From contig CAYUWM010000001.1 in NCBI GenBank assembly GCA_964448395.1, forward strand, positions 21,997 to 85,996: a stretch of DNA of 64,000 nucleotides, in the 5' to 3' direction. The position numbers and the translations under genes were made by a program. The notes beneath the pieces are model-generated. The model saw only the letters and a list, made by a program, of their open reading frames with translations. It was not told the DNA's origin and ran no database searches. Positions 51,537 to 63,140 of the stretch are shown here, piece by piece; position 1 is the stretch's first letter; each line of letters opens with the position of its first letter. Source of the DNA: an uncultured Dehalococcoidales bacterium. GTDB taxonomy: Bacteria > Chloroflexota > Dehalococcoidia > E44-bin15.

Positions 51537-52733
51537 TCATCCCCCTCTGGGGAGGCCGAGGCCCCTCTCTGCGAGTACGGTACGGATGATCTCCGAGGTG
51601 CCGGCCGCTATAGGGATTCCAACCGAATTCAGGTACATATCCGCCATCATCCCCTCCAGCGGCACCCATTTCGACCCCTGGCGCAACTGCCCGTAGAGCC
51701 CCATCATCTGGGTTGCCACAGTAGCAACCTGCTGGAATGTCTCCGCCGCCAGTACCTTTATCATAGCGCCCTCATAACCGGGCACGGCTTCCTTCATGCG
51801 CAGCCATACGATGCGGTAACCCAGCAGACGAGCGATCTCTACACGGGTGGCTAGCTCCGCTATCCTCTGTTTAAAGCTAGGGGTGTCCGATATTAAGCCT
51901 GCCCCCACATCGGTTTCTTTGACGAACCTTACCATCTCATCGACAAGTCGATAGCTCGCGGCGGTGAGCATAATACCAGCGGTCCTCTCGAAGGCCAGTG
52001 CAATCATGACATTGCGCCAGCCGCTGTTCTCCTCCCCGATACGGTTGGTCACCGGGACGCGAACATTATCGAAGAAGACCTCATTGAAGGTGTGGTGCCC
52101 GGCGAGGCTGAATATGGGGCGTATTGTAATACCCGGGGCCTTCATATCGACCATGATAAGGATAAGCCCGTGATGCTTCTTTGAGGCTTTCGGATTCGTC
52201 CTTACCAGCAGCAGACCCCAATCGGCGACATGCCCGGCGCTGGTCCATATCTTCTGCCCGTTGACGATGTATTCGTCCCCTTGAAGAGCAGCACCGCATT
52301 GGATATTTACCATATCCGAGCCGGCATCGGGTTCGCTGTATAAAGTGCACCACCACTCCTCACCTGCTGCCAGCGGCAAAAGGTGCCGTCTCTTCTGCTC
52401 CTCGGTGCCCAGGAGCAACAGCGTCGGGCCGACCCAGGTTATGCCCCCGATACCCATATCGAGGCCGGGAACCATGAGATAGGTCGCCTCTTCCTTGAAG
52501 ATCATGTGCTGGATCGGCGGAGCATCCAGACCACCGTATTCCCGGGGCCAGTCAATCGCCAGCCATTTCTTGGCCCCCAGCTTCTTAGCAACCTGCTTGG
52601 TGAATTCGAAGCGGTCGGGATCGAATTCCCCCTCCATCCCCCTCCAATAGCCTGGCGGCAACAGATCGCCTGTTATGTACTTGCGTACCTCCGCACGGAA
52701 TTCTTCTTCCTCCGCGGTAAAACCGAAGTCCAT
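51537..52733 (-). CDS. acyl-CoA dehydrogenase family protein
   Basis: 398 aa with typical ACAD regions (YSEPDAGSD, G-KIWTS-A, GTSEI). Confidence 0.85.
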   Translation of the reverse strand: MDFGFTAEEEEFRAEVRKYITGDLLPPGYWRGMEGEFDPDRFEFTKQVAKKLGAKKWLAIDWPREYGGLDAPPIQHMIFKEEATYLMVPGLDMGIGGITWVGPTLLLLGTEEQKRRHLLPLAAGEEWWCTLYSEPDAGSDMVNIQCGAALQGDEYIVNGQKIWTSAGHVADWGLLLVRTNPKASKKHHGLILIMVDMKAPGITIRPIFSLAGHHTFNEVFFDNVRVPVTNRIGEENSGWRNVMIALAFERTAGIMLTAASYRLVDEMVRFVKETDVGAGLISDTPSFKQRIAELATRVEIARLLGYRIVWLRMKEAVPGYEGAMIKVLAAETFQQVATVATQMMGLYGQLRQGSKWVPLEGMMADMYLNSVGIPIAAGTSEIIRTVLAERGLGLPRGG

Positions 52734-52772
52734 ATTCTCACCCCCCTCACCTTCGCCTTCCGCTATATGGTT

Positions 52773-53834
52773 TCAGGACTCAGATAGACGTTTCTTCAGA
52801 TGATCGATAGGCTCTACCGGGGACGGGTCAACCCCGTTCAATATCGCCAGATAGTAGCTGACATGGTCGCCAAGCGATACCGCGCTCATCAGCTGGGCCA
52901 GCTCGCTGTTACCCTCCGGTTCTACTACCTCGCTGGCGATCTCATGTTTTTGCAGCAGTTCACAGGTAACATCGTACCGCGTCAGTATTCGGGGGTTCAT
53001 TAGCGGGGACCGTAGCAGGACTATAGCAACTTTATGGTTAAGCCAATCGGGGAAGCTGTACCCTACCACCGCATTGTGGTTCAGCTCTGGAAAACACTCA
53101 GCGAAAGCCCAACCCTTGCTGCATTCATTGATCTGGGCCTTCCACCTATCGGCCACGCTGGACAGGAAATCCGCCCCGTATATAACCGCCAAATGTCCCT
53201 GGAGCTTGCTTGCCAGCTGCTTCGCCGGATTCCTTTCCAGTGGCACGTCCTTGCTCAGGTTACTACAGGCCTTATCGAGTACATCCATAGCCTCATCTAT
53301 ATCCCTATGCTCGACATTAATAAGCCTCATGCCTTGAAAAAAGGCCAGTATCGAAAAGAAGCTGTACCCCAGAGCGGCACGCGGTTCAGCCTTATAATGA
53401 AATACGAACATCGGGACGCCATTCTCAGCGGCGAGCGCCTGCAGCCTGCCGCCGGTGGTGATCACCAGCTTCTTGGCAGGAGATTTGAGAGCCTCCGAGA
53501 AAGCGGATATGGTCTCCTCAGTGTTCCCTGAATAGCTGGAGGCGATGACCAGAGTATGCTCATCGACCCAGCGGGGCAAGTAATAGTCTCGCTGAACTAC
53601 TATAGCGGCTTTCCCCACCTTTAGGGCCAGAGACCGCACGATATCGCCGCCGATGGCGGAGCCACCCATACCCAGTATAACTACCTTATCCACCTCGGCA
53701 AAATCGAGAGGCAATGGCAGATCGATAGCACCATGCCAGGCCATGCGGCACTGCCGTGGCAAGTCGGCGATCCGGTCGATCATGCCAGAAGGGTCAAACC
53801 GCTGATAAACCGCCGGGTCATCGAGGTTCGACAT
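52773..53834 (-). CDS. bifunctional phosphoglucose/phosphomannose isomerase (SIS domains)
   Basis: LDDPAVYQRFDPSGM N-terminus, GMGGSAIGGD and SYSGNTEET motifs. The ATG at 53834 is preferred over 53870. Confidence 0.8.
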   Translation of the reverse strand: MSNLDDPAVYQRFDPSGMIDRIADLPRQCRMAWHGAIDLPLPLDFAEVDKVVILGMGGSAIGGDIVRSLALKVGKAAIVVQRDYYLPRWVDEHTLVIASSYSGNTEETISAFSEALKSPAKKLVITTGGRLQALAAENGVPMFVFHYKAEPRAALGYSFFSILAFFQGMRLINVEHRDIDEAMDVLDKACSNLSKDVPLERNPAKQLASKLQGHLAVIYGADFLSSVADRWKAQINECSKGWAFAECFPELNHNAVVGYSFPDWLNHKVAIVLLRSPLMNPRILTRYDVTCELLQKHEIASEVVEPEGNSELAQLMSAVSLGDHVSYYLAILNGVDPSPVEPIDHLKKRLSES

Positions 53835-53838
53835 ATAT

Positions 53839-55263
53839 CTAAACCCCCGCCATTTCTCTGCCTGCGGCAATGAAGCGTTGCACCCTGTCCGGGCTGTCGC
53901 TCTCGGAATAGACCCGCATTATCGGCTCCGTCCCCGAGAAGCGGATGAGCAGCCAGGAGCCGTCTTCCATCAGGAAGCGAAAACCGTCGCTGGTGTCAAT
54001 CCTCTCGACGGTGGTGCTAACGATATCAGTAGGTCCCATCTTGGAGAGACGATCAATTATAGTTTCCCTTTCGCTTGCGGGAAAATCGACATCCTTGCGG
54101 TCATAATAGTGGGGGCCGACCTTGCTGAACAGGTAATCCAGCAATTGAGATGGGGTTTTCTGTTTACTGATCATGAAATCCAGGAAAAGGAGACCGGCCA
54201 GTATCCCGTCACGCTCGGGGAGGTGGCCGCGAAAACCGAAACCGCCGCTCTCCTCACCGCCGATCAAAGCATCTTCCGCTCTCATGACCGGGGCCACATA
54301 TTTGAATCCTACCGAGGTTTCGTGAACCGGCACCCCGTACATCTCGCCCAGGCGGTAGAGCATGTTCGTCGTGGTAACGGTTTTTACTATAGCTCCTTTT
54401 TCACCACGCACGTCCAAAAGATAAAGAGCGAGGAGAGCAAACACCTCTAGGGTGGTAAGGAACCTGCCGTTCTCATCCACGATGCCGATACGGTCGGCAT
54501 CGCCGTCGAGGGCAAGGCCCACGTCCGCCCCTTCGTCCTTCACCTTGGTCATGAGCTCCCTCAGGTTCGGCGCTATCGGCTCCGGCCGGAGGCCGGGGAA
54601 CGCCGGGTTTCGCTCGCCGTGTATCTCGGTAATCAAGGTTGTGCCACCGCCCAAAACCCTGCTGAAATACCCTGAGCCTGCACCGTACATCGAGTCCGCT
54701 ATAAGCTTGAGGCCGCTGTCCCGCAATCGGTCTAAATCGACCAGTTTTTCGATCTGCCGGTAATATACGGGGTATGGATCGATCCGCTCCACTGCGCCAG
54801 TCTCCAGTGCCTGCGCTAGCGGCATACGATTCACGTTGTACTCGCTCTGGATGCGAACGATATTCTTCTCTAGTTCGCCTATGACCTCTGTGGAGGCGCT
54901 GCACCCGATCTCCTCCTTGTACTTGAAGCCATTCCATCGTCCCGGGTTATGGCTGGCAGTTATCATGATCCCACCGCCAGCTTTTTGATACAGAACGGCA
55001 TAGCTGGTGACCGGTGTGGGGGCGGCTGCTTGGCACAGGAACACCTTGATGCCATTGGCGGCAACAACCTCGGCACTGGCTGCGGCGAAGTCCTCCGAAG
55101 CGAATCTGGTATCGTAGCCTATTACCAGACCACGGTTGTCAAGCCCCTCGCTTTTGAGATAATCGGCCACAGCCTGGGCACAGATTCTGACATTGTCGAA
55201 GGTGAAATCCTCGGCGATAATCGCCCGCCAGCCATCGGTCCCGAATTTTATCGGGGTGACCAT
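53839..55263 (-). CDS. phosphomannomutase/phosphoglucomutase
   Basis: FGTDGWRA, ITASHNP (catalytic Ser loop), DGDADR and GEESGG motifs. Confidence 0.9.
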   Translation of the reverse strand: MVTPIKFGTDGWRAIIAEDFTFDNVRICAQAVADYLKSEGLDNRGLVIGYDTRFASEDFAAASAEVVAANGIKVFLCQAAAPTPVTSYAVLYQKAGGGIMITASHNPGRWNGFKYKEEIGCSASTEVIGELEKNIVRIQSEYNVNRMPLAQALETGAVERIDPYPVYYRQIEKLVDLDRLRDSGLKLIADSMYGAGSGYFSRVLGGGTTLITEIHGERNPAFPGLRPEPIAPNLRELMTKVKDEGADVGLALDGDADRIGIVDENGRFLTTLEVFALLALYLLDVRGEKGAIVKTVTTTNMLYRLGEMYGVPVHETSVGFKYVAPVMRAEDALIGGEESGGFGFRGHLPERDGILAGLLFLDFMISKQKTPSQLLDYLFSKVGPHYYDRKDVDFPASERETIIDRLSKMGPTDIVSTTVERIDTSDGFRFLMEDGSWLLIRFSGTEPIMRVYSESDSPDRVQRFIAAGREMAGV

Positions 55264-56277
55264 CTAGACCCGCTCCCTCCAGTAGTTGAGCAGATCCCTG
55301 AGGGTCTGCTCGAAAGGAATCTCGTTCTTCCATCCGGTCAGCTCACGGAATTTGGTAGAGTCACAGATTAGGACCTTCACATCCGAGGGGCGGAATCGGG
55401 TGGGATCGGCTTTAACCTCTACGTCAACATCGGTCATGCCGAGCAGCATATCAAGCATTTCCTTCACCTCCAAGGCATGCCCGCTGCCGATATTGTACAC
55501 CTCCCCGGGGATGCCTTTTTCCGTCGCCAGCCAGTAAGCCCTCACGAAATCCCGAACATCTGACCAATCCCGCCTGCTAGAAAGGTCACCGGTGTAAATA
55601 ACCGGCTCTCTATGCCCCTTCTCGATCTCCGCTATCTGCTTGGCGAAACTGGATGTGACAAACACGTCACCCCGGCGCGGCCCTTCATGGTTGAATCCAC
55701 GGGTGACCACGGCCTTCAAACCATAGCTCCTATGATACTGGTATGCGAGCATCTCCTGAGCCACTTTGCTTACACCGTAAGGGCTCAGCGGGCGCAGCGG
55801 GTTTGTCTCTTTAACCGGCAGTTCCTCAGGCAATATATAGCCGTACTCTTCCGAGGAACCCGCGATGTGTATAACCGGATCGATACCGGCACCGCGCACT
55901 GCTTCGAACAAATTGACTTCCCCGATGATATTCGTATGCAGGGTCTCGGCAGGGGCCCACCATGAAGCCGGAACATAGCTCTGGGCGGCAAGGTGAAAGA
56001 TGCGATCCGGCCTCACCACACCCATCACGCGGTGCATGGAGAACGCATCGCCGATATCCGCCTCCATCAGATTGAGCTTCGATGAGTCGCCCTGCGGTGC
56101 GGAACCCGGTTCAGAAGCAATGATGTTTATCCGGCCACTGTTCTTCAGATCATCCAGGTTCTCCATCCTGCTGCGCCAGCGCAAGGTACCGTAAACCTCC
56201 AAACCCCCTTTCGCAAGCAGGTAGTCTGCCAGATGGCTCCCAGCCATCCCGGTAACACCTGTGATCAGTACACGCAT
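55264..56277 (-). CDS. GDP-mannose 4,6-dehydratase-like NDP-sugar dehydratase/epimerase (SDR)
   Basis: ITGVTGMAGSHL Rossmann motif, YGVSK catalytic motif, and FNHEGPRRG-x-FVT typical of Gmd-type enzymes. Confidence 0.75.
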   Translation of the reverse strand: MRVLITGVTGMAGSHLADYLLAKGGLEVYGTLRWRSRMENLDDLKNSGRINIIASEPGSAPQGDSSKLNLMEADIGDAFSMHRVMGVVRPDRIFHLAAQSYVPASWWAPAETLHTNIIGEVNLFEAVRGAGIDPVIHIAGSSEEYGYILPEELPVKETNPLRPLSPYGVSKVAQEMLAYQYHRSYGLKAVVTRGFNHEGPRRGDVFVTSSFAKQIAEIEKGHREPVIYTGDLSSRRDWSDVRDFVRAYWLATEKGIPGEVYNIGSGHALEVKEMLDMLLGMTDVDVEVKADPTRFRPSDVKVLICDSTKFRELTGWKNEIPFEQTLRDLLNYWRERV

Positions 56278-56297
56278 ATTAACCTCCCTAATTTAGA

Positions 56298-57389
56298 TTA
56301 TCGGTCTGCACCAGGCCATACCTCGGTACCCGCAGATAGTTTTTTACCGCTCTCCACCGTTACACCATGCCCCAGAACGCAACCCTCCATGATTTGGCTT
56401 CCATCTCCGATCGTGACGTTCTCTGCGATGACACATTCCTTCAACGACGCCCCGTCGCCGATGCGGGTGCCGTCCCATATTACTGCTCCTTCAACAGAGC
56501 TGTCTATCCCTACAATACAATCCGAACCGATAACGGCGGGGCCTTTCACTCGCGAACCAGAACCTATCTTACAGCCCCTACCGATAACAACGGGGCCCTC
56601 GAGGATAGCTTGGGGATGGATATCCGATACTTGCTCCACCCGTATCCTTTCCCCAGTAAGCTCATCAGCAAAACACCCGCCCGTCTTTCCGGAGAGCAGA
56701 TCGTGATTCACCCGCAGGTACTTCTGCGGTGTGCCGATATCGATCCAGTACCCGTCTGATTTGTATCCACAAACTACATCACCCCGATTTAGAAGTTCGG
56801 GAAACACCCCGTACTCGAACATGAAGTATTCGCCCTGGGGGATTAGGTCCAATACTTCAGGCTCCAGAATATAAAGCCCGGCATTCACCATATTGGTAGT
56901 CACCGCATCCCGGCTCGGTTTCTCGACGAATCGCTGCACCCTGCCCGTCCCGTTCGTTTCAACCAAACCGTAAGCGGTGGGGTCTTCCACCGGGGTCAGA
57001 GCGATACTGACCTTCGCCTTATGATTTCGGTGGAGCTTCAGCATCTCAGTGAGATTGATGTCAGTGAATGTGTCACCGTTGAAAACGAAGAATGTTCCGT
57101 CGATATGCTCCGCGACATTTTTAACCGCACCCGCCGTCCCCAGAGGGGAATCCTCGATAACGTAAGTTAATCTCACATTGAAGCTACCACCATCGCCGAA
57201 GTAGCTCCGGATGGGATCGGACAGATAGCCCATAGCCAGTATGATATCATCTATGCCATGAGCTTTTAGGTAATCGATCATATGGGCTAGGAAGGGTCGA
57301 TTCACGATTGGAACCATAGCCTTGGGTGTACTGAAGGTAAGGGGGCGCAGCCTGGTCCCCTCACCACCGACGAGGATAACCGCCTTCAC
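56298..57389 (-). CDS. sugar-1-phosphate nucleotidyltransferase with a C-terminal left-handed beta-helix
   Basis: MKAVILVGGEGTRLRPLT N-terminus and hexapeptide repeats in the C-terminal third. Confidence 0.85.
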   Translation of the reverse strand: MKAVILVGGEGTRLRPLTFSTPKAMVPIVNRPFLAHMIDYLKAHGIDDIILAMGYLSDPIRSYFGDGGSFNVRLTYVIEDSPLGTAGAVKNVAEHIDGTFFVFNGDTFTDINLTEMLKLHRNHKAKVSIALTPVEDPTAYGLVETNGTGRVQRFVEKPSRDAVTTNMVNAGLYILEPEVLDLIPQGEYFMFEYGVFPELLNRGDVVCGYKSDGYWIDIGTPQKYLRVNHDLLSGKTGGCFADELTGERIRVEQVSDIHPQAILEGPVVIGRGCKIGSGSRVKGPAVIGSDCIVGIDSSVEGAVIWDGTRIGDGASLKECVIAENVTIGDGSQIMEGCVLGHGVTVESGKKLSAGTEVWPGADR

Positions 57390-57442
57390 CTCTAATCCCT
57401 TTCTGGTACATGCATTACGCCAACGCCAGTTTAAGGATCGTA

Positions 57443-58654
57443 TTACTTGAGACCAGCTTCGGCTCGAAGCATGTCCGCCTTGTCAGTCTTTTCCCAGGGA
57501 AGGTCAATATCGGTGCGCCCGAAGTGACCGTAGCTGGCAGTCTGGCGGTAGATGGGCCGTCGCAGGTCCATATCCCGGATAATAGCCCCCGGCCTGAGGT
57601 CGAAGTGCTCATCGATCAGCTCGCTGATAGCCTCATCGGGGACATTATTCGTACCGAATGTCTCGATAGCTATCGACAACGGATGTGCCATCCCGATGGC
57701 GTATGATACCTGTATCTCCACCCGATCCGCCAGACCGGCCGCCACCACGTTCTTGGCCACGTACCGGGCGGCATATGCCGCTGAGCGATCAACCTTGGTG
57801 GGGTCTTTACCTGAAAACGCCCCTCCGCCGTGCCTGGCGATGCCACCGTAGGTATCTACCAGTATCTTGCGACCGGTAAGCCCGGCATCGCCCATCGGCC
57901 CGCCGATGACGAAACGTCCGGTGGCATTAACATAATACTTAGTTTTATCATCGACCAAGGATTCAGGTATCACCGGCCTCACGACGTTCTCAATGATATC
58001 TTTATATATTATATCGTGTCCCACCTTGGGATCATGCTGGGCAGCCATCAGGACAGTATCTATCCGCTTGGGCACGCCCTTGGAGTACTCAACCGTTACC
58101 TGAGACTTGCCATCGGGGCGAAGATACTTGAGGGTGCCATCCTTCCGTACCTCAGCCAGTCGTCGAGATAACTTGTGAGCCAAGGATATGGTCAGCGGCA
58201 TCTTCTCCGGGGTCTCATTGCAGGCGAAGCCCACCATCATCCCCTGGTCCCCCGCTCCCAGCGTAGCTATCTCATCCTCCTTTACCTTCTGCCCCCTGAT
58301 CTCCATGGCACTGCTTACACCCATGTCGATATCCTTTGACTGCTCCTTGACTGACACCATGACGCCACAGGTATCGCAGTCGAATCCGTACTTGGCACGT
58401 GTATAGCCGATATCCCGCAGCACCTCCCGGACGATATCCTGAATTTCGATGTAACAGGATGTAGTGATCTCTCCCATCACGAGAACGAGCCCGGTGGTTG
58501 CAGCGGTCTCACAGGCAACCCTGGCCATCGGGTCCTGCGCTAGAATTGCATCCAAGACAGAATCGGAAATAATGTCGCAGACCTTATCCGGGTGGCCCTC
58601 AGTCACCGACTCGGATGACAGGAATAGTGAGGGGGCGGTCATGAAAGTGGTCAT
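57443..58654 (-). CDS. metK: S-adenosylmethionine synthase
   Basis: [22 protein letters not shown] and [15 protein letters not shown] motifs. Confidence 0.97.
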   Translation of the reverse strand: MTTFMTAPSLFLSSESVTEGHPDKVCDIISDSVLDAILAQDPMARVACETAATTGLVLVMGEITTSCYIEIQDIVREVLRDIGYTRAKYGFDCDTCGVMVSVKEQSKDIDMGVSSAMEIRGQKVKEDEIATLGAGDQGMMVGFACNETPEKMPLTISLAHKLSRRLAEVRKDGTLKYLRPDGKSQVTVEYSKGVPKRIDTVLMAAQHDPKVGHDIIYKDIIENVVRPVIPESLVDDKTKYYVNATGRFVIGGPMGDAGLTGRKILVDTYGGIARHGGGAFSGKDPTKVDRSAAYAARYVAKNVVAAGLADRVEIQVSYAIGMAHPLSIAIETFGTNNVPDEAISELIDEHFDLRPGAIIRDMDLRRPIYRQTASYGHFGRTDIDLPWEKTDKADMLRAEAGLK

Positions 58655-58678
58655 AGGCTCCTCCTTCGTATCATCTTT

Positions 58679-60882
<2,204 letters not shown>

Positions 60883-61018
60883 CCTATATTCTCACTCCGT
60901 CCTATTGCTGATCTATCCACCGCACCACCTGTTCTAATACGCTATCGCGGTTCGATCTCGTCACCACAACAGTGGCAACATCTAGTGATTCACACCCTGA
61001 CTGTACAACCATCCGCCT

Positions 61019-61210
61019 CTAGCTGTGAATCTTGACGAACCGCTCTATAGAACGATCGTAGGTTCTCTCTACCTCCGGAGGGAAGAGACACCCCGGCAGC
61101 TCCCCCAGACTCTGGTGGTACCTTATACACTCGCAGCACTTGCCCTTGCGCGAGCAGGGCTCGTAGGTGCATGGGCACTTCGCCTTGTTGGCCTCTATGT
61201 TGCACTCCAT
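61019..61210 (-). CDS. small cysteine-rich protein (63 aa, 8 Cys, CPC and CCEC motifs)
   Basis: The ATG lies 3 nt after the upstream gene's stop and 7 nt after GAGGG. The cysteine pattern is C3, CPC (12-14), C19, CCEC (25-28), C41. Confidence 0.7.
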   Translation of the reverse strand: MECNIEANKAKCPCTYEPCSRKGKCCECIRYHQSLGELPGCLFPPEVERTYDRSIERFVKIHS

Positions 61211-61213
61211 TTC

Positions 61214-62257
61214 CTAACCCTCTTTGATATACCTGCGCCTGTATTCCTTAGAGACATCCGCCAGAAGCTCGAGCGCCCACTCCGCCGCCTCCTCGGATGC
61301 CGGTTCCAGCCCGCAGGCAGGGGTCAGCAAGCATTGCCGCTTTAGCTTCTCAGGGCTAGCTCCTTTCCTCTCAAGCGCGCTCATTCCCGCCTCCAGGCGG
61401 TCTATTATTCCCTTCACCACCTCACCCTTCAGGTCGCCCTCTTCACGGGGCACTATGCCCCAGGCGATCACACCGCCACGTTCAAGGAACGACTTTACCT
61501 CTTCAGGGTAAAGAGAGATGGTGTAACCATAATTATAGGCATCGAAGTTCAGGATGTCGAGAGGGGTGGCCAGCAGCATCGACCAGTCAGTGTTGCCGCA
61601 GCAGTGCACCCCCTTCAGCCCATTGATTCCGGCAAACACCTCGCTGAGGAGACCTATCACCTGGTCGCGGGAGACGGATACAAACGCCGACCCGACAGAG
61701 GACATGTAAGGCTCATCGACGAATATGATGGTATCCGGCGCTCTGGGGCTCAGTACTGACTCTTGCCACGCCGCTTTCAGGTGTAGATGCTTGGCTATGG
61801 CATCGGCAAGCGTCTCATCATACAGAATGGGGCGCCGATCCTGGTCGGTGACCGTGAGCCCCCAGGTAACCGGTCCGGTCAGCTGTCCCTTTACCGCTCG
61901 GGCGGATCCAAGCTCCATATCTAGGAAGCTGTAGAGCCCGGCGGCGTACTCACTACTGATTGAATATTTCTCGACATCGTTTCCCAGGTAAGCGGTGTAT
62001 AGCTCCTGCAGGGGGCCATCCAGATCCTTGGTACGATCGACATATATGCGCTCCCCCTCGATAGCAATGCCGGGAAAACCCTCGCTGTACTGAGCATACA
62101 TATTCTCCAAAAAAGAGCGCTTTGGTAGCTGGGGCCAGACCGGTATCTCCGGCAGGAACTTAGAGATAATCGAACATGCCCGCTGCGGATCGGTGTGTGG
62201 CATGCTGCCTATCATCGTCGGCAGGCCGCTTAGCTCACATCCGGTTGACTTTATCAC
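61214..62257 (-). CDS. single-domain MetE-like / URO-D_CIMS-superfamily zinc methyltransferase (candidate folate-independent methionine synthase)
   Basis: VHCCGN (H-x-C) and TPACGLEP cysteine motifs in the positions of MetE/MT2 zinc ligands. The GTG at 62257 overlaps the mtnP TAG by 1 nt; the track's longer ORF runs into mtnP. Confidence 0.65.
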   Translation of the reverse strand: MIKSTGCELSGLPTMIGSMPHTDPQRACSIISKFLPEIPVWPQLPKRSFLENMYAQYSEGFPGIAIEGERIYVDRTKDLDGPLQELYTAYLGNDVEKYSISSEYAAGLYSFLDMELGSARAVKGQLTGPVTWGLTVTDQDRRPILYDETLADAIAKHLHLKAAWQESVLSPRAPDTIIFVDEPYMSSVGSAFVSVSRDQVIGLLSEVFAGINGLKGVHCCGNTDWSMLLATPLDILNFDAYNYGYTISLYPEEVKSFLERGGVIAWGIVPREEGDLKGEVVKGIIDRLEAGMSALERKGASPEKLKRQCLLTPACGLEPASEEAAEWALELLADVSKEYRRRYIKEG

Positions 62258-63123
62258 TACTTTACGTACTTCCCAATCAGGAGTGCGAGGTCTTGCTTGG
62301 TCCGCGCCGGTATCTTCTGCGGGTCGGTGAGGATGTTGGATCCGAGTGCGCTGGCGCAGGCGCACCCCCGGCTCTGCGGGATGCGCTCCGCCGCCATCCC
62401 GATAATCCTCTTGGCGGTATCCACATTCTTCTGCAGGTTGGCGACCGCCATCTCTATGTTCACCGATTCCTCGGTCTCATGCCAGGTATCGTAGTCGGTG
62501 ATACAGGCGATGGTCGCGTAGCACATCTCGGCCTCACGTGCCAGCTTGGCCTCGGGCAGGGCGGTCATGCCGATTATACTGGCCCCCCAGGAGCGATACA
62601 GGTTGGATTCCGCCTTGGTGGAGAAGAACGGCCCCTCCATCACTACATATGCGCCGCCCTTATGGACACTAGCCCCCGCGTCGCGAGCGGCCCGGTGAAG
62701 TATATCGCTGAGCACCGGGCAGAACGGCTCGGCGAACGGCAGGTGGGCCACCAGCCCCATGCCGTCGAAAAAGCTGTTCACCCGGCTCTTGGTGCGGTCG
62801 ATAAGCTGGTCGGGTACCACGATATCCAGCGGATGGACGCCCTCCCTGAGGCTGCCCACCGCATTGACCGATATGATCCACTCCACACCCAGCGATTTCA
62901 AGGCATAGATGTTGGCCCGAACCGGCACCTCGGTGGGGGTGAAGCGGTGCCCGCGACCGTGGCGGGGGAGAAAGGCGATGGTCTTGCCGTCGAGGTCACC
63001 GACCACTATGGAATCGCTGGGCTCACCGAACGGCGTTTTAACCTTTACCTCGTCGACGCCTGTCATCCCCTCCATCTCATACAGGCCGCTGCCCCCTATA
63101 ACGCCGATCTTAGATTCAGGCAT
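62257..63123 (-). CDS. mtnP: S-methyl-5'-thioadenosine phosphorylase
   Basis: KIGVIGGSGLY, FL-RHG-GH and PNP-family motifs. The ATG at 63123 follows GAAGGG; the ATG at 63141 is an alternative. Confidence 0.9.
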   Translation of the reverse strand: MPESKIGVIGGSGLYEMEGMTGVDEVKVKTPFGEPSDSIVVGDLDGKTIAFLPRHGRGHRFTPTEVPVRANIYALKSLGVEWIISVNAVGSLREGVHPLDIVVPDQLIDRTKSRVNSFFDGMGLVAHLPFAEPFCPVLSDILHRAARDAGASVHKGGAYVVMEGPFFSTKAESNLYRSWGASIIGMTALPEAKLAREAEMCYATIACITDYDTWHETEESVNIEMAVANLQKNVDTAKRIIGMAAERIPQSRGCACASALGSNILTDPQKIPARTKQDLALLIGKYVK

Positions 63124-63140
63124 GGTTAACCCTTCCCACA

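Noticed and set aside
60883-61018. SAH or SAM riboswitch upstream of pfkB-ahcY-metK
   Set aside because: I found no match by eye to the conserved cores of the SAH, SAM-I or SAM-II motifs. The gap is reported only as unexplained.
62176-63129. 317-aa ORF on the + strand
   Set aside because: It is antisense to mtnP and to the 5' end of the MetE-like gene. It has no motifs and shadow-ORF composition.
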